Source: Gracilinanus agilis
Taxonomy: Eukaryota
DNA length: 64,000 bases
NCBI RefSeq assembly: GCF_016433145.1
Contig: NC_058132.1
Span: 8,191,210 to 8,255,209, forward strand
Direction: 5' to 3'
In this document: positions 1 through 13,353 of the stretch, one piece after another
Layout: each line of letters begins with the position of its first letter
Numbering within the stretch: position 1 is the stretch's first letter
Notes under the pieces: model-generated
The model's input: the letters and a program-made list of their open reading frames with translations, nothing else
Told to the model about the DNA's origin: nothing
Database searches by the model: none
Program-made: the position numbers and the translations under genes

Positions 1-384
1 TGAGTTACCCAGCTGCCCCCTCTTGATACATTAAAAAAAATAGTTTTCTGATATTTTGTGATCCATGTTCTTTCCTTTCCTTCCCCCTCTTCTGCCCTCC
101 AAGACAATGGGTAACATGTTATGGCTTATATCCATGATATTATATTCCTTTTGCATTATATCCAGTACAGATTTCCAAGTTCATTATACAGAATTGTTTT
201 CACTAGAGAAAAATGCCTGGAGGAACTAAAGTGAAGAAAGGCATGCTTCCATCTGCATTCAGTTCTGTCAGTTCTTTCTATGCAATGGGTTGCCTTTTTT
301 TCATGAGTCCCTTGGAGTTGTCCTAGATCCTTGCATTGTTGATAATAGTTAAGTCGTTCACAGTTGATCATGTTATTTTTTTTA

Positions 385-567
385 AAACCCTTACTTCTCT
401 CTTAGAATCTATACTAAATATCAGTTGCAAGGCAGAAAAGCTGTAAGGCCAAAGCAGTTGGAGTTAAGTGATTTGCCCAGGGTCACACAGCTAGGAAGTG
501 TCTGAGGCCTGATTTAAACCCAGGACCTCCCATCTCCTGCCTATCCACCGAGCCACCTACTTGTCCC
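385..567 (-). mobile_element. SINE1_Mdo-type marsupial CORE SINE
   Basis: Reverse-strand match to the SINE seen repeatedly in the window (AAACCCTTAC...AAGGCAGAA...GTGATTTGCCCAGGGTCACACAGCTAGGAAGTGTCTGAGG). Boundaries are approximate. Confidence 0.8.
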
Positions 568-794
568 TGATAATCGTAAACTATTGCTGTTGCTGTATGT
601 AGTTCTCTAGTTTTCCTCTGTGGAAAATTAATATTGAATTGTGAAATCATGTTTTCCTTCAGAGTCTGGATGAAAAGTCTGATTCTAAGTTGAGGCTAGG
701 CCCAATTTCTCCCCATGAGCTATTAAAATAGGTTGGGATCTTTTGTCTTTGTTAAGGATAAAAGGATTAAAGGCAGATGCCCCTCCTCCAAGAC

Positions 795-1376
795 CAGTGA
801 TGGCAAACCTTTTAGACTTAGAGTGCCATGCCTGCCCCACCCATAGACTGAGTGCCCCCCTGCTCCCCCCCAGAGATCAAGTGTTGTGACCTACTTCTCC
901 AGGCTTCTCCCCCTGACCCCCTGTCCTTACCCCAGACAGAGAAAGGAGGAAACACTCCCATTAGGCTGTTGGGCAAAGGGGCCAGTGATGAGAGGTGCAT
1001 GTGGAGAGGAGGAAGAGAGTGGCCTGAACACTCTGCTCCCCTCCAGCTCTGTGCCATGCTGTGAGCTCCCCTCTAACCCCATCACAGGAATCACCTTCAC
1101 CACAGACACAACAGGCTGCCATTTGTGCCACACCCTCATGAAGCATGTGAGGCTCCCCCTCACCCCCCACCCAGCACCTTATCCCAGATAGGAGAGGGAG
1201 GAAGTAAGTGCTCTCACTGGGCTGCTGGCCAGAGGTGGAGAGGAGGAGGGGAGCAGCTCTGCCTCAAGTCCCTTTAGCTTTCAGGTAATAAACTCTGGTG
1301 GGTGACTGTAGGCATGTTCCCAAGGAGGTCTCCGTGTGCCCTTTTTGACATGTGTGCCATAGGTTCCCCATCACTC
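795..1376. mobile_element. Non-autonomous hAT DNA transposon (~580 bp)
   Basis: Termini CAGTGATGGCAAACC and GGTTCCCCATCACTC are imperfect TIRs of the CAGTGATGGCGAACC type. Flanks TCCAAGAC/CCCTAGAC resemble a degraded 8-bp TSD. A related internal fragment lies at about 8165-8345. Confidence 0.75.
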
Positions 1377-1790
1377 CCTAGACCAGCTTTAAAGACTAAA
1401 GGAAGTTGGCAAGCTCTACCAGCCTTGTTGAACTGACAAAAGTACAGTGGTCCTGCCAGGTGGCAGAATGTGCTGGCATCTTCAGGGTCTTGAGCAAAGT
1501 TTACACATCTCTCTGGTGATGAAATAAGAAGTTGAAGTCTCTAAATCCACCTCTGTGGCTGTTTACCTATCAGAAATATCTTGGGATGTCCAGGGAGAGG
1601 AGGGAGTGGTGAGCTCACAAGGGGTGTATATAGACTTGCAAGAGAGAAATTCTTTTGCCCTTTTGGGTTTTGGAGTCAATTGACCAGGTTAGGATATCTT
1701 GACCATCAATTAAGAAATTATTTTAAAATTAAGAATACTGCCTCAAGAATTTCAGTAATTACAGCTTATATTGCATTGCTTCATCTAAGT

Positions 1791-1981
1791 CAGTGATTCC
1801 CAAAGTGGGCACCGGCGCCCCCTGGTGGGTGCTGCAGCGATCCAGGAGAGTGGTGATGGCCACAGGTGCATTTATCTTTCCTATTAATTGCTATTACAAT
1901 TAAACAAATTAATTTCCAAGGGGCTAAGTAATATTTTTTCTGGAAAGGGGGCGGTAGGCCAAAAAAGTTTGGGAACCACTG
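1791..1981. mobile_element. hAT (Charlie/Buster-type) MITE, 191 bp
   Basis: TIRs CAGTGATTCCCAAA and TTTGGGAACCACTG; perfect 8-bp TSD ATCTAAGT at 1783-1790 and 1982-1989. Confidence 0.92.
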
Positions 1982-2024
1982 ATCTAAGTGTTTGTAGGCT
2001 TTTTTTGTGATCATGTTGTTCATT

Positions 2025-3305
2025 TCTTATGGCACAATAATATTCTAATTACAATCATATAAGTGGGTAGAGCCAATATAATTAAAATGACAATCCTACC
2101 TAAACTCATGTACTTATAAAATGCTATCACAATTAAATTTCCAAAAAATTATTTATAGAAAAAACAATTCATTTGGAAGAACAAAAGGTCAAAGGAATAA
2201 ATTTTAAAAAGTAAAGGAAGGAGGCCTAGTAGTGCCAGATTTTAAACTATTATAAAGCAGTAGTTATCAAAACTATCTGGTGCTGGCCAAGAAATAGAAA
2301 GGTAGATCTGTAGGACAAAAAAGACATACAACGAACAGTAATAAAAGATTATAGTAACCTTGTATTTGACAAAAGTATAGATCCACACTTATGGGCTAAG
2401 AATTCACTATTTGGTAAAAGTTGCTGGGACAACTGGAAAGTAGTTTGGCAGAAACTAGGTATAGACCAATATATTACACCATTTATCAAGAGATCAAAAT
2501 AGTTACATGATTAGACATAAAGGGAGATATCATAAGCAAGTGAGAAGACTAGGGGACATGGTACCCATCAGATTTATGGATAAAAGAGGAATGTATGAAT
2601 AAACGAGAGATAGGATATCGTGAGATGTAAAATGGATAATTTTGATTATGTTAAATTTAAAAAGTTTTATGTAAAGAGCCCAAGATTAGAAGAAAAGCAG
2701 AAAAATGGGGAAAATGTTTTATATTTTCTTAGATTTTTTAATATATTTGATATATTTTCTTGGATAGAGGTTTCATATCTAAAATATATAGAGAACTTTA
2801 TGGAACTGATAAGATTATGAGCCCTTCCTCATGGTCAAAAGATATGAATAGACAGTTTTTGGATGAAGAAATCAAAACCATATATAAACACATGAAAAAA
2901 TGCTCTGAAATATTTCTGATTAAAGAAATGCAAATCAAAACAGTTCTGAGATATCTCACACCTATCAGATTGGCTAAAATGATAAAAGAACAAAATGATG
3001 GATGTTGGAGGGGATTGTACACTGTTGGTGGAAGTGTGAACTGATTCAATCATTTGAGAGCAATATGTTGAGAGCAATTATGTTCAGAGGTCATAAAATT
3101 GTGTATACCTTGAATCTCAGCAATACCTTTTCCCAAGGAGGTGAGGGGAAAAAGAAAAGAACCTGTATGTTCTAAAATACTCATAGCAGTTCTCTTTGTG
3201 GTGGCAAAGAATTGGAAATTGAGGGAATATCTATGAATTGGGGAATGGCTAAACAAGATGTGACATGATTGTGATGGAATGCAACTGCACTGTAAAAAGT
3301 GGTGA
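2025..3305 (+). mobile_element. Degenerate LINE-1 ORF2 3' fragment
   Basis: Fragments such as KHMKKCS...IKEMQIKTVLRYLTPIRLAKM match the L1 ORF2 C-terminus; many stops and frameshifts. Confidence 0.85.
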
Positions 3306-3309
3306 GTAG

Positions 3310-3500
3310 GGAGAAGCTAGATGGCTCAGTGGATAGAGAGCCAGGCCTGGAGATGAAAAGTCTTGAGTTCAAATCTGACATTAGACCCCTCTTAGCCGTG
3401 GGATCCTGGGCAATCCCCATTACCTAGCTCTTACAACTATTCTGCCTTGGAACCAGCATTTAGTATCAATTTGAAGATGGAAGGTAAGGATTTAAAAAAT
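3310..3500 (+). mobile_element. SINE1_Mdo-type SINE
   Basis: GATGGCTCAGTGGATAGAGAGCCAGGCCTGGAG...AAGATGGAAGGTAAGGATTTAAAAAA A-rich tail. Confidence 0.8.
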
Positions 3501-4720
3501 AATTTTAAATTAATTAAATTTTTTTTAAGTTGGAAAGAGAGGAACAGAAAGCCAAGATGGTAGAGAAGGTACATAGACCCACCTGATCTCTAACAAATTG
3601 CCCTCCAAAAAAAACATGATAAAATGCCTCAAAATAGATTTTAGAGCAGAATAATCCATAAAAAGATGGGGAAAATCATTTTTTTAGCCCAAAACAACTT
3701 GGAGGGCTGGCACAAAATATCTAGTCTACCAGAACGAAAGTGGAGCTCAAAGCATTGTGCCAAGGTAGGCCCCACTATAGCAATAGGTCTTGGGCTCAGC
3801 TGAATCAACAGCAAAGGCTTCCAGAGCTCAGTCACAGAAAGTAAGAGCAATTGGATGACTTCTCAGGAGATTATAGGGGTCCCTTTGCTGGCTCTACATG
3901 CAGATCTCTGCAGATCAAGATAGCAGTCCTGGGGTACAGTCTCAGGGTAAGGAAGAGCACTAGCATGTACCAATACTTGTAGTCACTGGGGAGCCAGAGA
4001 CTCTGGTCATGGTTCTAAGGCAGAAAAGAGTGCTTGTGGTTACCAACAGACTCTGGTCTGAGCATGGGCCGAGAGAGTATTAAACACACCTTAGTATCAT
4101 ACTACTTGAAAGAACTGAAAACTTATAGATCCTCAGAGGCACCTATGAAGGCAGCTGAATAAAGAACCTGATGCTGGGAACAGAGCTTCCTTCACCACAG
4201 GTAAAGAATTCGACTTTAATAGTTTTTTAAGTTAAAAGAAAAAAAAGTCTGGAAAATGACCAAACAAACAAAAAATTAATCATAGAGAAGACCAAAACAC
4301 AAACTTGAAAAAAAGAAAAGCCTTCAAGAAAAATACTAATTGTTCTTCAGCCCAAAAAGAATTAATGGAGGAGCTCAAAAATTAAAAAAAATGGGAAAAG
4401 AAATAAGATTGGTGCAGGAAAATCATGGAAAAGGTCAACTTGGTAAAGTAGGCACAAAAAAATTGAAGAAATCAATATCTTAAGAAACAGAATAGACCAA
4501 TTTATAAAAGAGGTACAAAATCAAATGAAGAGAAGAACTTCTTAAAAAGCAGAATTGGTCAAGTAGAAAAAAATATACAAAAATGCACCAAAGAGAAGAA
4601 CTTATTGGCCATCTGGAAAAAGAAGTACTAAAATTCACTGAGAAAAAAGAGCATTTTTAAAAGTAGAATTGGCCAAATGGAAAAGGAGGTACAAAAGCTC
4701 ACTCAAGAAAATCATGTTTT

Positions 4721-4925
4721 GGAGGCAGCTGGGTGGCTCAGTGAATTGAAAGCCAGGCCTAGAGATGGGAGATCCTAGGTTCAAATCTGACCTCAGACAC
4801 TAACTAGCTGTGTGACCCTGGGTAAGTCACTTGACCCCCATTGCCTAGCTCTTACCACTCTTCTGCCTTGGAGTCAATACACAGTATTGACTCCAAGATG
4901 GAAGGTAAGGGTTTAAAAAAAAAAA
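4721..4925 (+). mobile_element. SINE1_Mdo-type SINE inserted in L1 ORF1
   Basis: Full-length with poly-A tail; TSD AAGAAAAT(C/A)ATGTTTT on both sides. Confidence 0.9.
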
Positions 4926-5416
4926 AGAAAATAATGTTTTAAAATTTGAAATTGGGCAAGTGGAAGCTAATGACTCCATGAGACATCAAGAAACAAAGTC
5001 AAAAGAATAAATAAATAGAAGAAAATGTGAAGTATCCCACTGGAAAAACAACCAACCCAGAAAATAAATCCAGGAGAGATAATCTAAGAATTATTGGACT
5101 CCCTGAAAAAAAGAACTTAGATATCTTTCAAGAAATTATAAAGGAAAACTTCCCTGATATTCTTGAACCAGGGCAAAATAGAAATTGAAAGAATCTACCA
5201 ATCACCTCCTGGAAGAGATCCCAAAAGGATAACTTCCAGGACTATTATAGCCAAATTCCAGAACTCCTAGGTCAAGGAGAAAATATTGCAAGCAATAACC
5301 ACAAAAAACCCCAACCAAACAGTTTAATTATCATGAGTCAGTCAGGATAACACAAGATTTAGCAGCTTCTACATTAAAGGAGATTGGTAGAGGGCCTGGA
5401 ATATAATATACTAGAG

Positions 5417-5606
5417 CAGTGATGGGCAAACTTTTTAAAGAGGGGGCCAAAGGAAAGGAAATGCTCATCTGTCAGTCTGTTTCTAAGGCAACTCTTTTGA
5501 AATTTTATTGTATTGTATCCTATTCATTGTTCATCAGATTAGGAATAATGTCGCCTGGGGATAGAACATTTCAGGGGGCTGCATCTGGGCTGTAGTTTGC
5601 CCATCA
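5417..5606. mobile_element. hAT MITE (second family, CAGTGATGGGCAAA termini)
   Basis: Left TIR CAGTGATGGGCAAAC; right TIR GTTTGCCCATCA with the last 3 nt lost; TSD TACTAGAG/TAATAGAG. A partial inverted copy lies at about 26042-26150. Confidence 0.85.
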
Positions 5607-5730
5607 TAATAGAGGACAAGGAGCTAGGATTTCAGTCAAGAATCACTTACTCAGCAAAATGAGCTTAAACTTTCAGGATTTCAGGGGAAAAAAGAATATT
5701 GGATGAAATACAGAACTTTCAAGTATTCTT

Positions 5731-6313
5731 TTTTTTTAATTTTTAAATTTTTAAATTTAATTTTATTTTTTTAAACATTTATTAATATTCATTTTTAACA
5801 TGGTTACATGATTCATGCTCCTACTTTCCCCTTCGCCTCCCGCACTCTCCCCATCCATGGCCGATGCACATTTCCACTAGTTTTGTCATGTGTCCTTGAT
5901 CAAGACCAATTTCCAAATTGTTGGTAGTTGCATTGGTGTGGTAGTTTCGAGTCCACACCCTCAATCATGTCCACCCCGACCCATGTGTTCAAGCAGTTGT
6001 TTTTCTTATATGTTTCCTCTCCTGCAGTTCTTCCTCTGAATTTGGGCAGCGTTCTTTACCATAAATCCCTCAGAATTGTCCTGGGTCATTGTACTGCTGC
6101 TGGTACAGAAGTCCATTACATTCAATTTTACCTTAGTATATCAGTCTCTGTGTACAATGTTCTTCTGGCTCTGCTCCTTTCGCTCTGCATCTGTTCCTGG
6201 AGGTCTCTCCAGTTCACCTGGAACTTCTCCAGTTTATTATTCCTTTTAGCACAATAGTATTCCATCACCCGCATATACCATAGTTTGTTCAGCCATTCCC
6301 CAATTGAAGGACA
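5731..6313 (-). mobile_element. 5'-truncated young LINE-1 (3' end) with poly-A tail
   Basis: T-rich tail at about 5731-5790; L1 3' sequence; perfect 14-bp TSD TTTCAAGTATTCTT at 5717-5730 and 6314-6327. Confidence 0.9.
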
Positions 6314-8349
6314 TTTCAAGTATTCTTGATGAAAAGACCAGAGCTGAATGGAAAATTTGACTCTCAAATATGAGATTCAAAAGTATAAAAAGGTAAACAG
6401 GAAAGAGAAATCAAAAGATATTCAGTAAAGTTAAACTGTTTACATATCTACATGGGAAGATGGTTCTTTTAACTCCAAAGAACTTTGTCATTATTAGAAC
6501 AGTTAGGTGTATACACAGATGGAAGGCAACAGTGTCAGTTGAATATGATGAGGTGATATCTAAAAAAATGAAATTAAGGCATGAGAAAAGGGAATGCTTT
6601 GGGAGGAGGAAGGGAGAAATAGAATAGGGTAAATTACAGCACATAAAAGAGAAGCATGAAAGAGCTTTTACAGTGGAAGGGAAGATGGAGGTTGGCAGGG
6701 AAGGGGGCACACATGAGCTTTATTCTCACTTGGATTGGCTCAGTGAGGAAAGAACAAAAACAATTGGGTTTAGAAAGCTATCTTACCCTATAGGATAATA
6801 GGAGGGGAAAGGGATAAGAGAAGCAAGTGAGGATGACAGAACAGGTCAAATTGGGGGAGTCAGAGGTCAGAAACTAACCCGGAAAGTAGGATGGACAGTA
6901 ATACCCAGTAATCCGAAGGGTGCAAAATTCTTTTACAGATCTCTCTGATCAAGGCCTCATTTCTCAAATACATAGAGAAATGAATCAAATGTGTACAGAT
7001 ACAAGTCATTCCCCAGTTGATATATGCTCAAAGGATATGAACAAGCAGTTCTTAGAGAGAGTAATTAAAGCTCTCTATAGTCATGCAAAAATGCTATAAT
7101 TCACTGTTAATGAGAGAAATGCACATTAAAATAACTCCTATTGGGATCTATCCTATCAGTATAGGTGATCTCACCTATTAGATAGGTTATGATGACAGGA
7201 AAGGAAAAGAACAAAACTTGGGGAAGCTGGGACAAGAATACATTGTTGGGGGAGCTGTGAATGGATTCAACCATTCTGGAGATTTGGAATATGCCCCAAA
7301 GGCTTTAGAACAGTACATATCCTTGGACCCAAAAATACCAAAGAGATAAAAAACAAAAAGGGGAAAAAGAGATGTACAAGAATATTTTAAGAAGCTGGGC
7401 AAAGAATTGGAGAGTGAGGGGATATCCATTGGTTAGGGAATGGCTGATTAAGTTATATTCATGGTTGTGATGGAATAGGACTGTGCTGTAAGAAATAACC
7501 AACAGAAGAGACTCAGAAAAACCTGAGAAGATGAACTGAAGCTGAATGAAATAAGCAGAACCAGGAGAGCACTACCCACAGTGACAGGAATACTGTACAG
7601 TGAACTATTGAGAATTACTTAGATATTCTCAGCAATACAATGATCCAAAACAAGCCCAAAGGACTCATGATAAAAAATGCCATCGACTTCCAGAGAAAGA
7701 ATTGATGGCATCTGAATCCAGACCAAAGCAAAATTTTTTTTCACTTTCCTTCCACAAAATAATATGGGAGATTGTTTTATATGATTACACATGTAAAATC
7801 TACATGAGATCACTTATCATCTCCACAAAGGTGAAGGTCATGGGGGAAGGGAGGAAGGAGAGCACTTAAGACTTTATATTATTTGAAACTTTTTTATGTG
7901 CAATTGTGTGTGTGTGTGTGAGTTAAATTAAATTGAAAAGAAAAAAGAAAAAAACTTGGAAAGATATGCATGAAATTATGAGGAGCAAAACAAGAACATT
8001 ATGTACTGCTGTAGAATTAATATTTGAAGTATAATGTTTAGGGGGCAGCTAAGTGGCTCAGTGAATTGAGAACCGGACATAGACAGACCAATTCAAATCT
8101 GGTCTCAGATATTTCCTAGCTGTGTAACCCTGGGCAAATCCCTTAAGCCCCACAGCCTGACTCAGTAATGGTGAACCTTTTAGAGCCTGAGTGCCCAAGC
8201 TGCAACCCTCATGCCGAATGTGAGCTGCCCCCTTACCCCAGACAGGGGAGGGAGGAAGGGCTCCCATTGGGCTGCTGGGCAGATGGGTGGGTGAGATGAG
8301 GAATGTTGGTAGAGAGGGGGAGGGGAGCAGCCCCCTCCAGCAAGCTCTA

Positions 8350-10460
8350 GCATGTGTATTTTAAAATTAATATTCAGTAACTAAATATTGTATTTTTATA
8401 AAGTTTTATTAATAATAAACCAACAAAAAATACTAACTAAAAGGTACTAACCAGCCCACTCCTAAGAGCAAAAGAGAAAAAGGGAGGAATTACAGCCAAC
8501 TATAAAACAATAACTTGACCACAAAAATGTGAAGTTGCAGGAGAGATTAAAGGGAATTTTGGGAAATACTAAGGGACTTAAGGGGGATGCAGTCCAAGGT
8601 TCAAAATCTTCATTTATACATACCCTCCCCATGTGATCCTTTGGGAGATCAGTCTCCCCAATGGAGCATAAGAACATAATCAACTTATAAATTGCAATAA
8701 TTTGTGGATAAAAGGGAAGAAAAGAACAAAATCAATGATTGCTACATTAACGAAAAGTCAATTTTGGGGCAGTCCCCTTTGACATAAAAGTATACATTCA
8801 AAACAAATACTTTCAATACCCCATAGTTCAAATCCACATCCCAAAGTTCAATTCTGGGTCTTCTTGATGCAGTGTGTGGTCTCTGCAGGCATCTTCATGG
8901 CACCTTCTCCAAACAGGTTCATTGTCTGGATTGTGGGAGGTAGCAAGTTCCTTATCCTAAAATTTCCTAAATTCTAACCAAAGTTCACAACAATAACAGT
9001 CCCACCTGAGGTGGATAATAACAAACAGGGATCACTCAGGGATACATGGCTGAGTTATAAGGTATTCGAATCAATTGCAAAAGAAATCAAAAACATCCAA
9101 AAATCCACATAAAAGAGAAAAAAATAACTTGTGGATGAAATAGAAATATTAAAGTTTAATATCTAAAAAATCTAAGTAAAGGAAAAATAAACCTATAACA
9201 GGTCCTTGAATCAGGACCTAATTAAAGTGATTTAAGTAATTATGCAGTTACCCAGTCAGTAGCCAGGACTACATGCGAAGAGCCCGCTCTTCGCTTGGTT
9301 GGGTCTCTGGAGGTAGGATGGCGTGGCGAAGAGTGAAATGAAAACAAGCCAGAGTGCAAGTCAATTTGCAGAGGCTGCTTTCTCTAGTGCCATCTGCTGA
9401 TTTTAATTTTTATACCCTCTTTTCTTTATGATCTCATACAGGTTTTTTTCTTCCCATACATTCAAAATCACATATTAACTTTTGAAACATCACAAGATTG
9501 GCATTTACTAATTATCTTATTGTGGTTAAACAAAGAAGCGAGCTTGTCAAGAATTATTCATTACGATCTGGCTTAGTTTGAATTTATTATTTTCAGCCTA
9601 TGTGTAAGGTACAAGTACATCAGTTCCTAGCTAAGCATAATAGTTAATTTTCTTTTGACTAATTAAATCATATATATTTACGTTATATTCATTTTCATCA
9701 TAAATCAAGGAAATGGTTATGGTAGTTGATTACATCTAATAAGATACAATATCAGTCTGGTCCAAGTTTTGTTCCCATGGTCTTCTTTCTGTTATAGGAT
9801 CACTAAGAATACAGTTCTGGTAGGGTGATTCTGTGCTAATTTGTCATTGCCTTAATTTCTTTGTGTTTCACTGTTTCTTTGGTCTGTAGGAGTTTGGAAG
9901 CAAACCCAGGCCAGGTATTTTCTTGCTGGGAACTTTAGAAACTTGTATTAACTCACTAACTGCTGGTTTTCTGCTGGGCTGATTCTAGGGGAAATTTCTA
10001 TACTCTAGGGGGTTGTACAGGGGTTTATTTTGGGATAGTGGGTAGTCTATGGCTGTGATTGTTCTTGCCATGAACCTGTATTGTTTTTCTGTGTCTCCTT
10101 GGAGCTGGATAAGGATATTGATTGCAATAATTTCAATACAAGTGAACGTCACTATAAAAAGAGTCACATAGGATAAACTGAGTGTGGAATTTCCATCCTC
10201 CTGACAACCTGCCATGATGGATTGTCAGAGCTTGTGAGTAGCCGTGCTAATCTCACAGCCTCCATGCCTTCTGGCAACTACAGAAAGTTTGCCACACTAT
10301 GAAAGACAGAAGGGACTAAATTATACGAGCCAGGATAGCAGTTAAAGAGGTGCTTGTTAGAATGTGGTTCAGAGGAAGTCCTGCGCCTTAACATATGTTA
10401 AGCACCGCAACCTTGAACCCCAAACAAGTTCAAGTCCTCTCCTCTTGGCTCAACATTACA
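8350..10460 (-). mobile_element. Probable LTR/ERV-derived remnant
   Basis: Non-L1, non-SINE sequence with a minus-strand TATA (GGGTATAAAAA, about 9405-9417), a hairpin at 9275-9294 and a short hydrophobic ORF at 9985-10215. No recognisable gag/pol; boundaries are uncertain. Confidence 0.4.
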
Positions 10461-10680
10461 TCAATCCCACTGGGATTGGTTGGTCTCTTTGACCTTGTGC
10501 TTGATTTGCACTATGCAGGTTAGCTTTGTGCTTCTTTGGCACTGTGCAATGGCTCTTTTTATAGTCTCTTCTGGAATCAGGATCATTAAATAAAGTCCTA
10601 CAATATTTAAATTATCAATGGCATTATTCTATAGTTTAAAGCTTTTTGGTTATGCATTAACATTAGAACAAATGTATTTT

Positions 10681-10893
10681 TTAAATTTTTTAATTTTTTT
10701 AACAACCCTTACCTTCCATCTTGGAGTCAATACTGTGTATTGGCTCCAAGGCAGAAGAGTGGTAAGGGTAGGCAATGGGGGTCAAGTGACTTGCCCAGGG
10801 TCACACAGCTGGGAAGTGTCTCAAGTCAGATTTGAACCTAGGACCTCCCATCTCTAGGCCTGGTTCTCAATCCACTGAGCTACCCAGCTGCTC
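10681..10893 (-). mobile_element. SINE1_Mdo-type SINE
   Basis: Full-length reverse copy; TSD AGAACAAATGTATTTT on both sides. Confidence 0.9.
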
Positions 10894-11030
10894 CCAGAAC
10901 AAATGTATTTTAACTTATATTACTGAAAAATAAAAAAAGATTAATATTGTTTATATGTACTTCAAAGTACTCAAATACTATATTGAAAATACAAGAAAAA
11001 ATAATAAAAATGTTTTAAAATAAAAATATA

Positions 11031-11221
11031 GGGGGCAGCTGGGTAGCTCAGTGGATTGAGAGCCAGGCCTAGAGACGGGAGGTCCTAGGTTCAAATCCGG
11101 CCTCAGACACTTCCCAGCTGTGTGACCCTGGACAAGTCACTTGACCCCCATTGCCTACCCTTACCACTCTTCCACCTATAAGTCAATACACAGAAGTTAA
11201 GGGTTTAAAATAAAAAAAAAT
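11031..11221 (+). mobile_element. SINE1_Mdo-type SINE (young variant)
   Basis: GGGGGCAGCTGGGTAGCTCAGTGG A-box start; poly-A tail; TSD AAAATAAAAATATA. Confidence 0.9.
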
Positions 11222-11523
11222 AAAATAAAAATATATAGCTTATAATCAGCGATGCACTATGTCAACCAAGGAGAGGTAGAATACAAAGGTTCCTCACCAA
11301 AAATGAGATCCATTTCCTTTTTAAATTTGGCCAAGATCCACTGTGTGAATGCAAATGATTTTTACAAAATAGATTTATAAAAACAAAACAGTAGTAGAGT
11401 AGATAATGTACATTCAAATAAAGTACCAAATTCCCAAAATTCACAATAGCCCAGTTGTTGACAATAGCAAACAAACCCATTATTATATAGGATTCACATG
11501 AGTTTATATATAGCTACTTGCTG

Positions 11524-12150
11524 TGTGATATTAAAAAATACCTATAAAATGTAAGGGTGAAAAAGTGGTTTTATGGGTTCAATATATTAAAGATGGTCAC
11601 CAGAGGATTGAACTATTATCAATTCTCAATTAAGAATAATCTCAAGTCAAAATTGACTTTTATGGAAATTTATTTACATGAGAAGAGAGAGAGGAAGTAT
11701 CAGTCCAGGTAGATCTTAACCCTCAGCTGAGGGTTAAAGGTCCTGAGTTCCGGAGGTGAATGGAGAAAACTTCATTCACAGAGTCTATAAAAAGAAGTTT
11801 CTTAATAGAAGTTCAGGAAGATTCAGTCTTTAAACTCACCACATGGAACAGTCTTGGTCAGGAACCAGCAAAGCTCCCTCAGGTCCCCTTCACCAAACCA
11901 GAAGAAGCGTCACTCACTCAACTCCCTCTTTTTAAAGGGGTCACATATTCGTCACTTCCAGTGCCTTCCCCTAGCCTGTGTATCCAATCACAGTAGATGC
12001 TTTCTCATAGAAAGCATAGGGGGGCAGTCAGTTGATTCTGATTCGTTACTCTAGCACAAGTGGGTTAGGACCTCCCAGAATTGGAAGGTGCTCTCACCTT
12101 TGGTGATGAAATCTAAAGATGGCCAGTGTAGACTTAATCTAATTATCACA
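11524..12150. mobile_element. Solo LTR (~630 bp)
   Basis: Inverted termini TGTGAT...ATCACA and LTR-like composition. No convincing TSD found. Confidence 0.6.
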
Positions 12151-12249
12151 CAGGGAAGAGGTGAGATACCTGGGAATTTTAATGTAGCCAACAAATAAAT
12201 TTTTAAAAGGTAAAAAAACATTTACTAGTAAAAAATCAATAAAAATAAG

Positions 12250-12860
12250 AGATTTTTAAAAATCATATACATAGCTTGTCAATTGATGGACATCCCTTCA
12301 GTTTCTAGTTTTTTGCCACCACAAAAAGAGCTACTACAAATATTTTTGTACAAGCAAGTCCTTTTCCCCTATCTTTGACTTCTTTGGGGTACTGACTTAG
12401 TAATATTGCTGAGTCAAAGGGCATGCACTGTCTTATGACTCTTTGGCTTTTTGTTCCAAATTATTCTCCAGAATGGTTGGATCAGTCCACAGCTCCACCA
12501 ACAATGTATGTGGCCCAATTTCCCACATCCCCTCCAACATTTATCATTTTCCTTTTTGGTCATGTTAGCTGAAATTGTTAGGTGTGAGGGGGTACCTCAT
12601 AGTTGTTTTAACTTGCATTTCTCTAATCAGTAGTATTTGGAGCATTTTTTCATATGGGTATGGATAGTTTTAATTTCTTCAACTGAGAATTGTCTGTTCA
12701 TATCCTTTGCTGGCTTATTAACTGGGGAATGGCTTGTATTCCCCAATAAACTTGACTCTGTTTTCTATAGATTTAAGAATGAAGCCTTTGACAGAGACAC
12801 TGGCTATAAAATTTTCCCCCAGTTTGTTTTTTCCTTTCTAATCTTGGTTGCATTGTTAGC
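12250..12860 (-). mobile_element. LINE-1 ORF2 3' fragment
   Basis: Reverse L1 motifs (..GCATTTCTCTAAT.., ..TTGAGAATTGTCTGTTCATATCCTTTG..). Confidence 0.8.
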
Positions 12861-13353
12861 CCTCCATTTTGGGGGCCCAGGCCCCCCAGATTTCACTCCC
12901 CTTCCAGGCCTACCCACTCAAACTCTCTTTTATGTGTCATTTTTCCCCATTAGAAAGTAAGCTTCTTGAGAGTAGGGATTGTGCTTCTTTTTGCTTATAT
13001 ATGTATCCCCAGCACTTAACATAGTCCCTAGGACATGGTAAGCATTTAATAAGTGTTTCATCCCTTCCTTCTCCCTTCTTATTTGGCCATAAGTGTCCTC
13101 CTTCACTTGAGCCACAGCCACTACATGGGCCATTTTGTTTGTGATCTCTGGGTCTATGGATGCTGGTTATATTGGAGAGAGAGGGTACCTCAGGTGTGTA
13201 GAGAAGACGTTTCTTACTATGCCATTTAGTAAATGCCTTTTCTTTGAGCTAATTGTCTTTTATATAAACAAAACAAAACCAAAAAACTCTTACCTTCTAT
13301 CTTGGATCCCAAGGCAGAAGAACAGTGAGGGCTAGGCACCTGAGGTTAAGTGA

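Larger units (their letters stand above)
3520..7910 (+). mobile_element. Old, internally deleted marsupial LINE-1 (5'UTR, ORF1 and ORF2/3' remnants) carrying three nested insertions
   Basis: A-rich coiled-coil ORF1-like sequence (about 4250-5400, ..AATCTAAGAATTATTGGACTCCCTGAA..), ORF2 3' remnants at about 6940-7500, and an L1 3'UTR. Interrupted by a SINE (4721), a hAT MITE (5417) and a younger L1 (5731). Confidence 0.8.
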
